From assembly GCF_035285525.1 (NCBI RefSeq), contig NZ_JAYKGW010000194.1, positions 1 through 14,500 on the forward strand: a stretch of 14,500 nt of DNA. The letters are read 5' to 3'. The position numbers and the translations under genes were made by a program. Positions 13,842 to 14,500 of this stretch are shown piece by piece. How positions within the stretch are numbered: the first letter of the stretch is position 1; each line of letters starts with the position of its first letter. The DNA comes from Okeania sp. (lineage in GTDB: Bacteria > Cyanobacteriota > Cyanobacteriia > Cyanobacteriales > Microcoleaceae). Below the pieces are notes generated by a model. The model saw only the letters and a program-made list of their open reading frames with translations. It ran no database searches and had not been told where the DNA came from.

Positions 13842-13990
13842 TTAGTTATTTAAGTTAAATATTTTATATTTTCAAATATTATAATAGATTGGTTGACAAA
13901 TCTAAACTAGATGTGATATTTTAATCATAATGGGAAAGGTGCGCTCATATGTACTAAAACTAGATTTTGCCAAAAAAAACCATATTTTCC
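13821..13990. repeat. Promoter, 5'UTR and first 21 coding nt of the Hsp70-like gene (master copy of a reiterated ~170-bp segment)
   Basis: Aligns with 14097-14270 (~90% identity) and, for its first ~50 nt, with 14295-14344. It contains the palindromic ATTATAAT (13878-13885), which gives a TATAAT on both strands. Confidence 0.85.
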
Positions 13991-14063
13991 TGGTCAAGGA
14001 AAATCTTAATAACTAATAACTGATTTTTCACGCCATCTGATTTTTCAAGCCATCCGTAAAAGC

Positions 14064-14096
14064 TAATAACTGATAACTGATAACTGACAACTGATA
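14064..14096. repeat. Heptamer (STRR-like) array TAATAAC TGATAAC TGATAAC TGACAAC TGATA
   Basis: 7-nt periodicity read directly. It lies immediately beside stub copy 2. A short AGCTAATAACTGATA version precedes stub copy 3. Confidence 0.85.
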
Positions 14097-14270
14097 GAAG
14101 TCTATAGCTATAGTTATTTAGTAATTCCAAGTTAAATATTTTATATTTTCAAATATTATAATAGATTGGTTGACAAATACAAACTGGATGTGATGTTTTT
14201 AATCATAATGGGGAAGGTGCGCTCATATATACTAAAAGTGCGATTTTGCCAAACAAACATATTTCTTTTT
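14097..14270. repeat. Stub copy 2 of the Hsp70-like 5' region (start codon mutated, ATG to ATA)
   Basis: On the minus strand, CTAAATAACTATAGCTATAGACTTC compares with the master CTAAATGACTATAGCTATAGACTTC. Homology to the gene stops after 21 coding nt. Confidence 0.85.
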
Positions 14271-14294
14271 ACCACGAAAAGCTAATAACTGATA

Positions 14295-14344
14295 CAAGTT
14301 TATAGGTATAGTCATTTAGTTACTTAAGTTGAATATTTTATATA
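14295..14344. repeat. Stub copy 3 of the Hsp70-like 5' region (partial, more diverged)
   Basis: On the minus strand, TATATAAAATATTCAACTTAAGTAACTAAATGACTATACCTATAAACTTG aligns with the master 5'UTR plus ATGACTATAGCTATAGACTTC. Confidence 0.75.
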
Positions 14345-14500
14345 GAAATTTCTACAGCCCGTGAAATACATTCACAATTCCCCTAAATCCTCTTTTGAGA
14401 AGGTGATTTTTTGTTTACTCCTCCCTTACCAAGAGAAGCAGGGGGGAAACACCATACCTCATAGATTAAAGAACTACTAACTATATTTTCAGAATTATAT

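Noticed and set aside
14295-14320. 27-codon minus-strand ORF starting at the ATG of stub copy 3 (MTIPINLYQLLAFRGKKKYVCLAKSHF)
   Set aside because: It reads from a decayed gene stub straight into heptamer and repeat sequence, and nothing suggests function.

Overview
This is a chromosomal segment with cyanobacterial hallmarks, most like a filamentous Nostocales-type genome. The hallmarks are at least 8 HIP1 octamers (GCGATCGC, e.g. 853, 2056, 8599, 9083, 9333, 9968, 10751, 12474), heptamer STRR-like arrays, many small palindromic or MITE-like dispersed repeats, and a psb27 gene. I support six CDS, all on the minus strand: a secreted GHL10-family glycosyl-hydrolase-like protein (690-2225), the PSII assembly lipoprotein Psb27 (2807-3205), a 1377-aa acidic multidomain subtilisin-like S8 peptidase (4255-8388), RecF (true start 10141, not 10267), a 416-aa chimeric protein (10526-11776) and a short lidless Hsp70-like ATPase (12249-13841). 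The most unusual region is 10.5-14.4 kb. There, the Hsp70-like gene and the 416-aa gene share a ~97% identical 3' module encoding the last 96 aa, which is the distal half of the Hsp70 substrate-binding beta domain. A decayed third copy, disrupted by a MITE, lies between them with the same 22-nt stop-to-ATG junction. The promoter and first 21 coding nt of the Hsp70-like gene are repeated twice more upstream as stubs. Other points of interest are a 6-unit 76-80-bp hairpin-bearing tandem array just 3' of the peptidase gene, inverted MITE copies bracketing psb27 and the GHL10 gene, and inverted GA/CT-rich tracts upstream of recF. I recognised no rRNA, tRNA or CRISPR. All calls come from reading the sequence and recognising motifs by eye. 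Repeat boundaries are accurate to a few bp, and no database search was run.
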